DNA from: Callorhinchus milii
Taxonomy: Eukaryota
NCBI RefSeq assembly: GCF_018977255.1
Contig: NW_024704742.1
Location: 74,588,001-74,652,000, forward strand
DNA: 64,000 nucleotides
Direction of reading: 5' to 3'
Part shown: positions 1 to 13,726 of the stretch, one piece after another
Position numbering within the stretch: position 1 is the first letter of the stretch
How the letters are laid out: each line of letters starts with the position of its first letter
Translations under genes and position numbers: made by a program
Notes under the pieces: generated by a model
Seen by the model: the letters and a program-made list of their open reading frames with translations, nothing else
Told to the model about the DNA's origin: nothing
Databases searched by the model: none

Positions 1-81
1 GGATTATTATTATTATTATTTTAACCGGATTGAGATCCTTGTGGGAATCAGCACAGCATTGTGGAAATGTGCACCAGGGTT

Positions 82-385
82 ATAATATTATAGAATTCTT
101 GCATTTGATATAGCGTTTTATTACATCTTCGAGATGTCTTAAAGCACTTCACAGAATATACTGCAAAGTGAATTGACTATATCCTGTGGACGAAACGCAG
201 CAGCCAATTGCGCAAAGCAGTCGTGAATTGAGCAAATTATTTTTATTTATTTTGAAGGAATTATTACCTCCGGAAAAGCGATCTGCCAATACTTACTGTT
301 AGGTAAGCAGAGGCGTGTGGAGTATGGAAACTTTTCGCTCTGCTGGGAATCGAACCCAGGTCCTCTCGCTTGCGAGGCGAGTGCT
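82..385 (-). mobile_element. tRNA-derived Deu-SINE, long subfamily, 5'-truncated
   Basis: Same head remnant, Deu-like core (gctgtgcgcaattggctgc) and tail (atatcaaatgcaag) as the other copies; directly abuts the next copy. Confidence 0.85.
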
Positions 386-692
386 ATAATAATAATAATC
401 CTTGCATTTGATATAGCGCTTTTCACGTCTTCTCGACATCTCAAAGTGCTTCACAGAATAGACTGTAAAGTGAAGTGACTGTATATTTGTGGGAGAAACA
501 CAGCAGCCAATTGTGCACAGCAGTGTCCCACAAACAGTCGTGGATTGAAAATGACCAATTTATTATTGTTTTGTTTTGGAGGGATTATTATTAGGCGTGT
601 GGAGTAAGGAAACTTTTTGCTCTGCCTGGAATTGAACCCAGGTGTCTCGCTTGCAAGGCAAGTGCTCTAACTACTGAGCTGCAGGACTCCAC
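386..692 (-). mobile_element. tRNA(Ala)-derived Deu-SINE, full length, short subfamily
   Basis: Minus strand starts gtggagtcctgcagctcagtagttagagc (A box), has a TGC anticodon-like loop and ggttcaattcc (B box), Deu core, L2-like tail and (ATT)n. Confidence 0.92.
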
Positions 693-1264
693 AGGTTTTT
701 GCTAATCGGAGCCATGGAAGTATAGAAGAAAACTTCATACATTTTTATAGATTTCTTCATACATTTTGCCACATTTTCTTTAAAGTGAAATGCACAGTCA
801 GAGGATATAATTAGAACAAATTGAATATTAAACCCCATGGCTCAAATTTGCCCAATTCAGGTCATTTTCTGTTCAATGTTGAATTGAAATAATTTGTTTA
901 TTTGCAACAGTCAATTGGAATGGTTCATTCTGTTGCAAAGAAACACATTGGTCCCCACTTCTGTAGTTTTTCTTATTTCGAAACTTGGAATATTATGGTT
1001 TAGTAAGGAGATGAGCAATTTTTAACACTGTAGGCAGAGATATAAAGTTGCTGGAATAAAATCAAAATTTGTTTTTGGAGAGAGCCTCTAATTTACAGAC
1101 CCAACAAACACTAGCCACTGGGAGAAAAGTGGCAAGTCTGCAAGCCATTACTATGCACTGCAATTATTCAAGAAACTAGGAAGTCTCAGCATTTTGCATT
1201 CAAGCTAAATTTACACTATTAGAGAGTGATTCACTGCCACGACATTGCACATTCTGGCGGGATT

Positions 1265-1375
1265 TTGGAATGCAGTTGCAGAGCAGGGACACCGTGGCTA
1301 AAGACTGACTCACGATGGTTGGTGGACAGGGGCGAGGTGAAGCAGGCTGGAGATTGCTGAATGGAGGGAGCAGCC
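1265..1375 (-). mobile_element. Old L2 3' fragment
   Basis: Aligns by eye to the L2 ORF2 C-terminal region (CSLHSA..LLH) of the copy at 5263-5600. Confidence 0.6.
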
Positions 1376-1874
1376 TGGGTCACAGAAACAAAATGAACAT
1401 TTGTACATATTGTACTATATAAAGGTGCAAGCCACCTACAAATGTTTAGGATCCATTACCAGATGCATCAGAAAGATATGGACAACATTTGACAAAGCCT
1501 AGATTTGATACTGTCCACCTAACAAATCTATTTATCAAATTTTACAGCTTGTCTCAGAGTGGAACCTTTTTAATGGCACATCTGGATCTAAACTAAGCAC
1601 TTAAATCTTTAGCTAGTTCCATGGAATTAAAATGCATTTCAAAGCATTAGACTAGCTTAAGCAGAAAATACCATGGGGAAAGCCAATTGGAAACATTTAA
1701 TTTTTAATCTTAATACTTTTATTCCTGAAACTTCAGCTTGCACAGGGAGCTAGAATATTTCAATAGTCCATTTATCAATTTAAATTCTAAAACAATCTAC
1801 AAAATAACAAAGATTTTATCTTTACAGTACAAGAAAAAAGATACAAGCATAAAACAATACAGATAGTATAATTC

Positions 1875-2250
1875 GTTCAAACCCCGCATCCACTCTGACT
1901 GCTCAGCTTCCGCAACATTCCCTGCCGCCTCCTCCACCACCATCTCTTCCCTCAGGCAACTGAGCCCCTCATCCATGCTTTTACTATGCCAGTGCTCAGC
2001 TTGCCAAACTACACAGCTGCAGACTATCTAGAACTCTATAGCTCATATCCTCTCGTGCACCAGGCTTCCTGAGCCCATCACCTCTATCCTTGCCCAACTC
2101 TACTCTACCCATCCCTCAGAGGATTTAGTTCAAGATCCGCGTTTTCACACTCAAATCCTTCCACGGTCTTGTGCCTTCCTACCCCTGTGACTTCTTTCAA
2201 TCCAACTAACCTGGCTTGCTTCATGTTCCCCACTTTACCCACCCCACCAA
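1875..2250 (+). mobile_element. L2 LINE ORF2 3' fragment
   Basis: Degenerate FRNI.., QTIQNS.A, FKI.V motifs shared with other L2 copies. Confidence 0.8.
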
Positions 2251-2262
2251 TGAAAACAGGAG

Positions 2263-2638
2263 TGGAAATGATTGAGAGGGGACCTGATTGAGGTGTACAA
2301 AATTATGAGGGATTTGTTAGGCTAAATAGGAAGAAGCTATTTCTATTGATAGGCGAGTCAGTAATTAGGGGACAAGGTTATAAAATAATCACAAAATGAA
2401 CAAAAGGAAAATTGTTTTACTCAGAGAGTAGTTGGGGTGTAGAACGCCCTGCCGAGTAACTGGTGGAGGCATAGACCTTTCTAGCTTTCAGGAGGGAGGT
2501 TGACAGGCATAGGAAAGAGAGGGGTTTAATGGGATGTGAGCTGGGGCAGTGCGATTAAATTGATCTCCTTGTTGTGTGAGTCAGTGCAGACTTGATGGGT
2601 CAAACCGCCGCCTCTTGCCCTGTAGATTTGTTTCTATG
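2263..2638 (+). mobile_element. CR1 LINE 3' fragment
   Basis: LRGDLIEVYKIMRG motif and CR1-type 3' UTR ending ttctatgtt. Confidence 0.85.
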
Positions 2639-2639
2639 T

Positions 2640-2925
2640 TTCAACCTTGTGGAGGCGGACTTTCAGCCCTACAATTGGGGGACTTTGTTTCAAACATTCT
2701 TCCCCCCCACCCTGGAAATTTATCCCAGGGTCCCTCTAATTTGCTCGCTCCCTCCCCTCTTTCTTAGCACATCTCAAAGCATAGCCTCTGACCATGCGTT
2801 TGGTTGTCTTTCCCCTCCACAAACCCTTGGCTCCCACCCCCAGGTCAGATGCCCATCCAGTACTGTGAAGCTCTTTGAGAAGTTCTCCTAGTGTGAAAGC
2901 TGCTATATAAATGTAAATTGTATTG
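2640..2925 (+). mobile_element. L2 3' end (probable continuation of 1875-2250 split by CR1)
   Basis: ctggaa..tccc, tttgaccatgc and tail gtgaaag..gctatataaatgtaaattgtattg. Confidence 0.7.
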
Positions 2926-5261
2926 CACTACATTCAGTTCATTAAACTTCAGCACTTTTCCCACACTCCCATAGATTCATCATAAGATACAACAAAATCC
3001 TGCTTGTTATAATGCACCTCAAAGCACTTCTGCCAAATTATTTGTGAATATTTATGGGATCAATTAGCAATATTGAATCTTGCAAGATAACCAGGCCCTT
3101 GTGATGTGCAATTAAATGTCTAATTCTGGAAAATAATAATTATGTCAGGGAACATAATTTATGAACATAAAGAGTTATCATTAATACATAAATATACAGA
3201 CTAGGGATACTAATTGCCTTCTGAGTAAAGTAAAATTTCCTGGTATCTGTCCTGAAATTGCACTTTGTAACTCTAAACTTATGTCCTCTTGTTCTACTAG
3301 CTTGGTGCATCTTAAACTATTGATATACTTTTTCAATCCCGTTTGAAATGTTGTACAACTCTTTGAGGTCCCCTCTGAGTTACCTTCTCTCAAGACAGTA
3401 ATATATACAAGGAGCAGGAGAGGTCCCAGTATAGACTTGCTGGAGTATAAATATATTGGATATGAATTGAATGAGATTCCACATCTCTACTGTGATTTAA
3501 AAGCTATTGGGTATTCACATGGATGGCTCAAAACTTTCAGGGGAGCATTTTTTTTAATGTTACTAAAGAATGATTGGTGAAACATTGATAATGTTTTTAT
3601 TAATGTAAGACTGGAGAAGCTGGAAATGTACAGACTATAGAAATCAGCTGCAGTTTATGCCCTCTGAATACAATATGTTTAGAGGCAAGAAGCATACATA
3701 AAAATATCAAGATCACCTCTGCTGGAAGCACAAATGTATCACATCCTACAATAAAAACAGCCTCAGTGAAAATGTAGTCAGGTCACTGGACCCTTAGAAA
3801 TTGTGGTTCGTGTTACAAACTGTTAGTGCATCACAGATTCAAATGTGGATTTTGGACTTGAAAACCTTTCACTGTACCATGGAATAAGTCCCTATAAGCA
3901 GCAGCACATACTAATGTGCTCTTTCTCACTTTAAGCAGTACATAGCAGGGTGGCAGTATTTTCAATTAAAACAATTCCAGTCAATAGCAATTATTTTATG
4001 ATCACACAATCTGTGATTTCCACATTTTCAGAGTTCTATAATGACCTCTCCTTCTTTAGGTTTCCTGGTAACATGAATCTTTTATGGGAGGGGTAAACCT
4101 TTTGATTTAATTTTGAAGACCAGCCTTGCCTGAAAGGTTTTCTTTAACAAGTTAATTTTCAGAAATAGAAAGACTATTAAATTGCAAGTCTGTTCAATGA
4201 TCTTCAGTCATCTGATTGAGGAGATACAGAGGGACCCACAAGTTATTATTTTGAATGGACCAAAGTAATATTTACCAAAATAGAGAGGAGAGTGAATGAA
4301 TTCAAATCAGCAAATAAGTTGGAACTATTTTAAATAATCCTTACATTTGAAATAGCGCTTTTCACATCAGAATGACACCTTATAGCACTTTGCAGGATAT
4401 ACTGTAAAGTGAAATGGCTGTAGGAATATTTGGTAGGAAAACACAGCAGCCAATTTTCCCAAAGGAACATCTCACAACAAGCCACAAAGTGAATGACCAA
4501 TTTAATTTTAAATGAAAGATAAATAGAGGAATAGTCAGTATGGGCATTTGTTGTTGTTGTTGTTGGGGGTCACATTGTTATTGTTCATGTTATGCAACCT
4601 ATGCCCCTAAGGATAGTTATTATATTAGGAGCCAAAACTAATTGGTGGAAAGTTGAATTGCATGGAGAATTTCATGGGGCCCAGGTTCTCCCCTGTTATT
4701 ACCATGATGCAATGTAAAGCCAACTCTGTATAAAACTGGAAGTGCTTCTCTGGCTGGTGCTTTTTCAAAGGTATGTTATGCAACTTATCTGCACTTGTTA
4801 ATTGTCTCAAATTAAATATAGTAAATTGTCTAGGGTTTCCATGCTGAAAACAAGTACTGTAGATGTTTACAGCGCAAAGTTATAGAAGCTTAGTTGAGCG
4901 TGTTGGAAGTACACTGTACACAGAAACAATCAATGTCTGTTGGCAGCATAATTCATGCACAAATGCTGCAAGAACACAATGAAAACAAGATATGCAACTA
5001 AACATAAATAAATGTCCCTTAAATTCTTCTCTAATATTGATGTGGTCACTCGAGCCACTCATAAATGTCAAAGGAAAAGGAAGTGAGTCGAGGGAGAAAG
5101 ATAGATTGTGATTAAAGGAATCCTGGGTTGGGGTAACTTCAAAACCGTATTGAAAACTGATAAACATTTGTTTGCGAATTTTTTTTCTACCTTCTACTCA
5201 GTGTTTTACACTCATACTTGTGTATAGGATTTTGGTTTACGTAACGTATTCTGTAGAATTA

Positions 5262-7195
5262 AACAACAAGATTGGATTTGTATAGCGCCTTTCACATCGG
5301 GAGGACGTCCCAAAGCACTGTACAGCATTTCAGACCCGAGCTGGGGTCAGGAGGGGAGAAGGGAGGGGAGGGGAAGGGGGGTGACCGATGGCATGGTCGA
5401 AGAGGAGGGTTTTGAGGCGGGACTTGAAGGAGGCTAAGGAGGGGCGAGGCGGAGTGATTGGGGGATGGAATTCCAGAGGTTGGGGGCAGAGTGGCTGAAA
5501 GCTCTCCTGCCAATGGTGGGGTGGGTGGGTCAGGGGACGTGGAGCAGGCCAGAGCCGGCTGAGCGGAGGGAGCAGGCGGGTTGGTAGGGGGTTAGGAGGT
5601 CACAGAGGTAGGGTGGGGCGAGACCATGGAGGGCTTTGTAGGTGAGGACCAGGATCTTGAACTGGATCCTCTGAAGGATATGGAGCCAATGGAGTTGGCC
5701 GAGAATGGGGGAGTTGGGGTTACGGAGTTCGGTGAGGGAGAGGACACGGGCTGCAGAGTTCTGGATTATTAGCAACCTGTGGAGGGAGGAGTTGGGAAGG
5801 CCGACAATCAGCCTGGAGGTGATGAAGGCATGAACAAGAGTTTTAGTGGCCTGAGGGGTGAGGTAGTGGCGGAGTCGAGCGATGTTACGGGGTTGAGGGA
5901 AGGCAGAGTGGGTCATGGCTTGGATGTGGGGGAGAAAAGACAGTTACGGGTCGAATAAGGCACCCAGGTTCCTGACTGGTTTGGTGAGTTGAAGTGTGCA
6001 ACCATGGAGGTTGATGCTGCCAGAGCCTGAGGTGCTGAGGCGCTGGCGCGAGCCAATCAGGAGGGCCTCAGTCTTGTTCACATTCAACAGGCAGTTTGTC
6101 AGGACAGCAGTGATCCTGGAGTTGAGGGTGAAGGCAGAGAGATAGACTTCGCTGTCATCCGCATACATATTGATACCATGTCTGAGAATGATGTCACCAA
6201 GGGGGGAGAGCATGTAGATATTAAAGAGAGGGCGAAGGACAGAGCCCTGGGGGATGCCAGACGTGACAGTGCGGGGGCTGGAGGCGAAACCCTTTGAGGC
6301 AACAAAGTGGAGACCATGAGAGAGATAGGAATCGAACCCAGGCAAGGGCAGGTCTGCGAAGATTAAGTAAAGAGAAGAGGCGGTGTATGAGGATGGAGTG
6401 GTCGACAGTGTCGAAGGCGGCAGAGAGGTCGAGGAGGACAAGGATGCAGAAGGAGCCCTGATCACAGATGTTCAGGATGTCATTGGCGACTTTGACCAGG
6501 GCTGTTTCCGTGCTGTGGGCAGCACGGAAGCCAGATTGGAGGGGTTCAAAGAAGGAATGGCGAGAGAGAAAGGAGCAGAGCTGGAACACTACGACTCGTT
6601 CCAGGACATTGGAGAGGAATGGGAGGTTAGAGATGGGGAGGTAGCTGGAGAATAGGGATGGATCCAGGGAAGGTTTTTCAGGATGGGGGTGATGACAGCT
6701 GCTTTTAGGGGGGTTGGAACTGAGCCGGTTGACAAGGAGAGGTTGATGACGTCGGACAGGAGAGGGGCCAGAAGGTGGAGCTGGGAGATGAGGAGAGGTG
6801 GGGATGGGACGAGGGAGCAGGTGGTGGGTTTGAGTTTGCGAACGATTTTGGTGAGGGATGAAGGAGAGATAGGGTCGAAGGAGTATAGGGGGGGATGGGT
6901 GGGGGGTGGGTCATGAGGTAGAGATGATGGGGGGTGGCGGTGGACGGGGCTGAGGTAGCTGAACGTATCCCCTCAATTTTAGATTCGATGAAGTCCAGTA
7001 TCTCCTCACAGTTGGAGTTTGAGGAGAGGATGAGCGAGGCATGGGAAAGTGGACGGAGGAGACGGTTTGTGGTGGAAAAGAGAAGCCAGGAGTTGTCCTT
7101 TGCCTCCAAAGGACCTTGGAGTAGAAGGAGGATTTGGTGGAGGCAAGAGCACAGCTGTAGGTCTTGGTATGATGAAGCCAAATCTGCCGATGGAC
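5262..7195 (-). mobile_element. L2-clade LINE, 5'-truncated, frameshifted RT
   Basis: ORF pieces FEPLQSGFRAAHSTETAL, LLDLSAAFDTVDH, GIPQGSVL, YADD, HWL..LQRIQFKIL; 3' stem-loop and (TTG)n tail. Confidence 0.95.
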
Positions 7196-7764
7196 AGTTA
7201 GTTTGGACCATTGTGGGGGTGGCCAAAGTCATATAATGTAATTGGTTGCTGTGATATTTTGCCTCATAAAGAAGAGATTGTGAAACAAATTCTGGTTTCT
7301 GTTGTGAGATTCAGGCTATCTGAATTCATCATTTATTTATTTATTTATTTATTTATTGCTATAGAAAATCAATGCAAGCTACAAGAGAATGAGAGAAGCA
7401 ATTTTAGGTGTGCTAGTAGAAATTGTCCCTTTAAAAATTGAGTATCAATATGCTGAAATCAGACAGTAAAATGTTTTGATTTCAAGTGTCCTAGCCAACA
7501 ATCCCTCAATAAAATTAGTCATTCACTCGGCAGCTGTTTGTGGGACATTGCTGGGTGCAAAACAGCTGTCATGTTTGCCCGTAAAATACTCATCACTTTA
7601 CAGTAAATCCAATGATGCACTTTGAGATATCACAATGACATAATAAGGCATTATATCAAATGCAACGATTAAATTATAATGACATTATTTTCAAATTTAA
7701 AGTTGTCATACTCCTGAATATAGACATACATACGCATCCACCTCCAACAATTAACAGCTTCAGC

Positions 7765-8630
7765 TGCGAAGCTGAGGAGCAGCAAGGTTGGTAAGGTGTT
7801 AGTAAGTTACAGAGGTAGGATTGAGCAAGAGCATGAGGGCTTTGAATGTGAGACAAGGGTCTTCAATTCAATTGTTTGGGGAATGTGGAGCCAGTGAAAC
7901 TGAGCAAGGAAGGGGCTGATCGTCTCACAGAGCTTGGTGCGGGAGAGGACACAAGCTGCAGAGTACTGAATAATCTGCAGCCTATGAAGGGAAGAGTTGG
8001 GAAGTCTGGCAAGCAGGAGTTAGTGTAGTCAAGCCTGGATGTAATGAAGGCATTGACATGGTTTTAGCAGCCTGAGAGGAGAGGTAGTTGCAGAGGTGAG
8101 AGATGTTGCAGAGGTGGAGGAAGGCAGAAGTGTCATGGCAAGGATGTGGAATTTAAGACAGTTGAGGGTCAAACAAGATGCTAAGGTTCCAGACTGGCTC
8201 AGTGAGGTGGAGTGTGAATCAATAGATGGTGATGCTGCCAGTGCCTGAGGTGAGGAGGCGATGATGGGAGAGCCAAGTAGGAAGCAGTTGTTGACATTCA
8301 ACTGGAGAAAGTTAGCTCTCATCCAGGACTTGACTTACGACAGACAATCCGTCAGGACAGCAATGATCCTGGAATTGAGCATGGAGGCAGAGAGATAGAA
8401 TTCCGTAAATATGTGGATTTTAGCCCCATACCTGTGGATGATATCACCAAGCAGGAGCATGTAGATATTAAAGAGGAGAGGACTAAGGAGAGAACCCTGA
8501 GGAATGCCACACAAGAAGGCGTGAGGGCTGGAAGAGAAGCCATTAGTGGATACAAAGTGGAGAAGGTGGAAAAGGTAAGAGAGGAACCAGGCAAGGGCAC
8601 CACCAGGAAACCCCACCAACCTCAGGTGAA
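7765..8630 (-). mobile_element. L2 LINE RT fragment
   Basis: LAWFLSYL, GIPQGSLLSPLLFNIYM, WMRANFLQLNV. Confidence 0.9.
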
Positions 8631-9171
8631 ATGGACCTTGATTGAATTCTAGATTCTGAACGTTTGATGTTTTACATAAGAGACACCCGATGGAATTCAA
8701 CATGTGTTGCTATGAAATACGAATTGCAAGAACATTTTTAAGCAAACAATATTTTAATTTGACTCATATCCTAAAACTGAAGCATGGTCAACATTAGAGG
8801 GATACTTAACCTTCAACAGTCAGCAGCAGAAGCTATATAAAACTACAAAATTACAAAAACACCAATATAGGTACAAAAACACCAGCAATAAAAATCAAAA
8901 TGCAATGAAAAATAATTTAATTCAGTCCTTATCCATGATTTCAAGACTTTGATGCTATCAGCTCAGCGAGATCCTTGATATTTAATATTGTGTGTCAATG
9001 AAATCATTTTGACACCTGATGTCCATTTTTTTAAAAATTCCAACGGTCATTCAATAATATTCAACAGATCCTTTCTGTACTTTATTGTTGACCTTTGATA
9101 GTTCTCTTCCTCTTTGTCTCCAGTGGAATTGTTGATGTGTGGATGAATTGGGGATTGAAGAGAATCAGAGG

Positions 9172-9745
9172 AACAACAACTTGCATTTATAAAGCGGCCT
9201 TCCGGAGCTCTTGACAGTGGCAGAGTCTGACACCAAGCCAGGGGGGAAAAGGAACGGGGATCATAAGCCATGATCAAAAAGGTCTTTAGGCAAGATCTGA
9301 ATGTGAGGAGAGAGGGGGAAATGCGAAGGGATTGAGCGAGAGAGTTCCAGAGGTAGTGACTGAAGGCACAGCCACTGATGTTGGAGAGGAGGGGATGAGG
9401 TACAAACAGGAGGCAGGAGCTAGCCAAGCAGAGGCAGTGGATGGTGGAGTGGGGATGTAAGCAGTTTGGATATGTAGGGAGGTGCGAGGGCATGCAGGGA
9501 TTTGAAAACGAATGAGAAGATCTTGAAATTGATCCATTCGATAATGGGGAGCCAGTGGATCCTGGCAAGGACTGGTGTGATGGGGGTACAGAGTTTTGTG
9601 TGGGTGAGCAACCTGGCACTGGAGTATTGGATTAATTGAATTTTGTGTATGGTGGAGCTGGGGAGATCAGCAAGCAGAGCATCAGAATAGTCCAGCCGGG
9701 AAGTGACAAAGGTATGGATGAAGCTTTTGGCTGCGTTGGTTGTGA
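9172..9745 (-). mobile_element. L2 LINE 3' fragment
   Basis: FVTSRLDYSDALL, HWLPIIEWINFKI; tail ataaatgcaagttgttg. Confidence 0.9.
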
Positions 9746-10297
9746 TGTAAGGATTAGTTAGCCCTAGTAGCATTGATAGGTCTAGTTTCTCCAATCTCTA
9801 CTCATGGCTCAAACCACTCACCCTTTGATACTCTCAATAAGACATTGGAATCTTTGTTGGCTTCTACCTTGTTTCATTCAATATAATTTTCTGCTGGCTG
9901 AGTCAATTTTGATAGATGAACTGCTTTCTTTCTGGTTGCTCAACCCACGAAAAATATAAAGAAAAATCCTAAACATAAAATGGCATTCAACCTTTATGTC
10001 CATTTCCTTCCCAAGTCAAGTTCAATCTACCCTATCATTGGCTCTATTCAAGCGATTTCATATCCTGCGCCAACACAGCTTAGATACTTGCTTATCGCCA
10101 GGTAATCACGTAGAACTCCATAGTACTTCTACCATTCAAGCCCAGCCTGCTGCCTCACAATATTCTCACTCTTGTCTTAAACTAAACTATATCTCAGTTT
10201 ACTTTTCTCAGACCTAATCCCAACCAGAAATAAAAAAAATCAAAAAGATAAAAAAACAACAAAAATCGAAAAAGAATTAAAAAATCAGAATATACTG

Positions 10298-10480
10298 TAA
10301 GGCCGATGAGGAGGGAATTTCCATAATCGAGCCTTGATGTGACGAATATGTGGGTGAAGGTTTTGGCAACCTGAGGGGTGAGGCAGTGGCGGAGTCTGGC
10401 AATGTTGCGGAGGTGGTGGTAGGCAGTGCCGGTCGTGGCGTGGATGTGGGGGAGAAAGGACAGTTCGAGGTCAAATTGGA
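10298..10480 (-). mobile_element. L2 fragment
   Basis: LSFLPHI..HHLRNIARLR..FVTSRLDYGN. Confidence 0.85.
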
Positions 10481-11254
10481 CACACATTATCAGTTGATTC
10501 TTTTCATCCACGTCTGCCACATAATAATAGGTTCAAGTAATAACTCAATTTCTGCTGTAACCTTGCTAGAGACATAAATTGCACTGCAGATAAATATAGC
10601 AAATCACAAGTTGGTATGGCAGCATTTGCTTTTTGAACAAAGATGGGAGCAGGGTTGGTGGTAAATTGACAAATTAGTATGACTATATTCACATAAGAGA
10701 TTGGTGTCAGCAACTAACCATTGCTCTGCTCCAAAAACATCTTAATAAATCTGAATCCAGAATGCAGTCTATGTCTCAGTACTGTTGTGCCTGGCATACC
10801 AAGTGATGAGATAGCTCTGCCTTTGCAGAGCTGTTTCTGGCTGTTGTCCAAAGTTCTGGATTAAAATTACATGCATCCATCAAAACTCAAGTGTGTTTTG
10901 GGTCAAGAATTCAGGCAATTATATTAATGCCATTGAACGTATTTATAGGAAAGATTTAACTCAATCTCTTACTGGAGAGATAGAACTTCAAACCTTGATT
11001 GTCAGGATATACTGCAAGTTTCTGGCCTGAACAAGGATTTTATTTGACACATGGTAATGCAGAAACAAACAAACATTAAAATGGTAAGGTTACTCAAATA
11101 TTAGGAGTAGCCTTTATTGCAATCATAGATTGCTTACAGCACAGAAAGAAGCTATTTGACCAATTGTAATATTACGTTAATTTTTAATCCCAAATACAAA
11201 ACCAAACATCAAAACACATATATACTAAAAAAAGTGTAAATATTTTATTAATAA

Positions 11255-11650
11255 TAATCATCATAATAATCCTTACAATTGATATAGCATATTTCACGTT
11301 GGAAGGACGTATCAAAGCTGTTCACAGGATATACTGTAAAGTATACTGACTGGGTGTTTTGTGGACAAACATGGCAGTCAATTTGCATACACCAATGGAC
11401 TACAAACAACCATGGAGTGAATGATCAATCTTACTTTGGGGGATTTTTTCGGCCAGGATAACAGGAGAAACTCCTTTCTCTTTTCGAATATGGGATCATT
11501 AACATCCACCTGGACAAACAGATGTGGCCTCAGTTTAACGTCTCATCCAACTATTTAATGCACCCACAGCACTTCCCTTAGGCTAAATGCGTTGCAAACT
11601 TGAAGTTTTTAACTCAGAGATGAGAGTGTTACCACCTAAACCAGGCTGAC
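11255..11650 (-). mobile_element. Older SacSINE1-like Deu-SINE
   Basis: Minus strand has ggtaacactctcatctctgag head, gagacgttaaactgaggcc, caggtggatgttaa, Deu core and L2-like tail. Confidence 0.75.
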
Positions 11651-12414
11651 ATACTTACCTTTTTTCCACATCATTATCTTTTTTTCTTCCCAATCTGTAT
11701 CCTACATTTTAACAAACCTTTTTTTATTTTCAATCCAATATAAAATAATTATTCAAAGCATTTTTCCTCAAAAATAACTGCCTTATTTCCCCTGAACTCA
11801 CCCTGCTGTTAAAGAGATGCTCCCACCTACAAGAGCAGCTGCTAAATAACAGATTTTTTACTGACTAAAATATTCTCTAAAATCAAATGCAATAAATGTC
11901 ACAAGGAATGACAAGTTGTGTCATAGATGCACTCAGGTAATTCAAGCACTGCTATTACGTCGAGCCTGGATTTAATCAGTTTAGTTAGTTTGCCTATGTT
12001 TCAGTTATGATTAATAAGGAGGATGATCGATGGCTGGAAGTCTATTGGGATTTCAGATAATCACTGTAAATAACATCAATAAATATCATCAGTAAAAAAC
12101 AATCACAGGTAAAGTATTGTTTACCAAACAGCTACTTGACTCAAATAATCTACACAGTTAATAGAGTGTGAAGAATTTGGCAAATAACCCCCAAATGGGA
12201 TGGTTTGTGCCTAATGCTTCAAAACAATGCTGTTTATGCAAAAAATCATCATTATATATAATTGATTATTCACTTTATGGATGTCTATGGGACATTGCTG
12301 TGCACAAATTGGCTGCCACATTTGCCAACAAAATACTGAGTCACTACACTTTATAGAATATCCTGTAAGGCGATTTGAGGCGTCCTCTCAACGTAAAAGG
12401 CACTATATCAAATA

Positions 12415-13726
12415 CAGGGTGACCAAACAACAACAACAACTTGCACTTATATTGTGCCCTCCACGCCGGGCAGTGTATCAGGGCGCTTAACAATGGTGGA
12501 ACCCAAGGCCAAGCCAGGGGAAGGGGGAAGGTGACTGTACGTGTGGTTAAAAATGAAGATCTTCAAGCACGATCTGAAGATGGGGATGGAGGGGGTGAGT
12601 CGAAAGGGTTGAGGGAGGGAGTTTCAAAGTTTTGGGGTGTAGTGGCTGAAGGCATGGCCTCTGATGGTGGAGCGGAGGATTCGGGGGACATGGAGGAGCC
12701 CGGACCTAGTAGAGCGGAGGCAGCGAGTACTGCTGGGGGGAGAGAGGATGTTAGAGAGATGGGGTGGGGTGCCAAGGAATGGAGGGATTTAAACACTAGA
12801 GTGAGGATCCTGAAGTTAATCCGCTTTGTGACAAATAACCCCAAAATGGGATGGTTTGTGGAGCCAGTGAACTTTGGCAAGGACTGGAGTAATCGTGGTA
12901 TTAGGCTTAGTGCGGGTGAGAATGTGGGCAGCGGAGTTTTGAATAAGCTGAATTTTGTGAATAGTGGAGGTGGGAAGACCAGTGAGGAGGGCATTATAGC
13001 CCAGTTGAGAGGTGACAAAGGCATGGACAAGAGTTTGGCAGCTTTTGGGGTGAGGTATTGTTGGAGCCGGGCAATGTGGCGGAGGTGGAAGAAAGCAGTG
13101 CTGGTCAGGGACTGGATGTGGGGGAGGAAGGATAACTGGGGATCGAACCTGATGCGTAAGTTGCGCACGGGTTCAGAGAGTTTTAAGGACAAGTCTGATA
13201 GGTTGAGAAGGTCAGAACTGTAGGACAGAAGATGTCGGCGGGAGACAAAGAGTATGGCTTCTGTCTTGTTGACGTTTAACTACAGGAAATTTGCACTCAT
13301 CCAGCTCCTGATGTCCAATAGACAAGCTGACAGGGACTGGGGGTTGCATCTGTAGATGGAAAAGTAGATTTGTGTGTCATCCGTAAACATGTGGAAGTTA
13401 ACCCCGTGTCTGCGGATGACATCACCGAGAGGGAGCATATAGATGAGGAAGAGAAGGGAGCCCTGGGGTTCTCCGCAGGTGATTGGGTAGAAGGCGTGAA
13501 GAGAAGCCATTTGCAGGAATGTACTGCTGGCGGTTTGTAAGGTAGAACTTGAACCAAGTGAATGAGGTCCCATTGAGGTGGATGATGGAGGATAGGCGTG
13601 GAGGAGGATGGCATGATCGACTGTGTTGAATGCAGTGGAGAGGTGACCAAAAAGTCATGATAACTACCCTATTATCTAAAAAAATCATAGACAATGCAAT
13701 GGTATCATGTCTTTTTGGTCACCCTG
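12415..13726. mobile_element. Tc1/mariner-type MITE (88 bp reconstructed), split by an L2
   Basis: 26-bp TIRs cagggtgaccaaaaag(t/a)catgata(a/c)c; TA on both sides (12413-12414, 13727-13728). Confidence 0.8.
12428..13641 (-). mobile_element. L2 LINE (second subfamily), 5'-truncated
   Basis: PQGS, FHMFTDDTQIY, FFHLRHIARL; (TTG)n tail; flanked by 10-bp duplication ggtgaccaaa. Confidence 0.92.

Noticed and set aside
620..692. tRNA-Ala-like sequences with A and B boxes
   Set aside because: Always attached to a SINE body and tail, so these are SINE heads and not tRNA genes
1314..1374. Apparent minus-strand exon with cag acceptor and GTGAGT donor
   Set aside because: The sequence and its flank align to the L2 3' coding end, so it is repeat-derived
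12441..13223. Longest ORF (260 aa, +) and similar Gly/Arg/Glu-rich ORFs
   Set aside because: Antisense shadows of C-rich L2 ORF2
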